DNA of 64,000 nucleotides from a virus (Duplodnaviria; Heunggongvirae; Uroviricota; Caudoviricetes): IMG/VR virus record IMGVR_UViG_2799113139_000004; one strand, 5' to 3'. Shown piece by piece: positions 63,991 to 64,000 of this stretch (position 1 is its first letter; each line of letters starts with the position of its first letter). The notes under the pieces were generated by a model. It saw only the letters and a program-made list of their open reading frames with translations, ran no database searches and was not told where the DNA came from. The position numbers and the translations under genes were made by a program.

Positions 63991-64000
63991 TTCGGGGTTG

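Noticed and set aside
1-64000. Search for integrase, tRNA genes, CRISPR arrays, rRNA
   Set aside because: No tyrosine/serine recombinase motifs, tRNA cloverleaf candidates, or direct-repeat/spacer arrays were seen. The integrase, if any, presumably lies outside the window.

Overview
This window looks like nearly all of a temperate siphovirus genome from a high-GC actinobacterial (Mycobacterium-like) host, on plus-strand reading unless stated. Main modules in order: (1) An immunity switch: a minus-strand HTH repressor at 338-832 divergent from a Cro-like HTH gene at 1047. (2) A long early/replication arm: C5 cytosine methyltransferase, DnaQ-like and Cas4/RecB-like exonucleases, SPFH/band-7 membrane protein, MazG, a possible SSB, an SNF2-like helicase next to an N6A/N4C methyltransferase, a prim-pol domain protein, a PriCT/AAA primase-helicase, RusA, and many small Cys-rich proteins. 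(3) A three-gene virion glycosylation cluster (glycosyltransferase, O-methyltransferase, glycosyltransferase). (4) An HNH endonuclease and a putative cos region. (5) The packaging and structural arm: small and large terminase, portal, a 1196-aa MuF fusion protein, scaffold, major capsid, connectors, major tail, frameshifted tail assembly chaperone, tape measure and minor tail proteins. (6) Lysis genes: Lysin A, Lysin B, a holin. (7) A beta sliding clamp. (8) A right-end set of minus-strand cassettes: an ADP-ribosylglycohydrolase, an AAA+ ATPase and lipoproteins. No integrase, tRNA or CRISPR array was seen. The most interesting signals are: the MuF protein fused to a kinase-like domain and a C-terminal R-S-E ADP-ribosyltransferase toxin domain; a separately regulated ADP-ribosylglycohydrolase that could reverse it; an unannotated ORF with no canonical start immediately after the toxin domain; a shared 20-bp palindromic operator (CTAGTAGAC-N2-GTCTACTAG) at several divergent control regions; a GACTGTTTCA repeat array downstream of the primase-helicase that recurs at the putative cos site; and a 25-bp element duplicated 12 kb apart.
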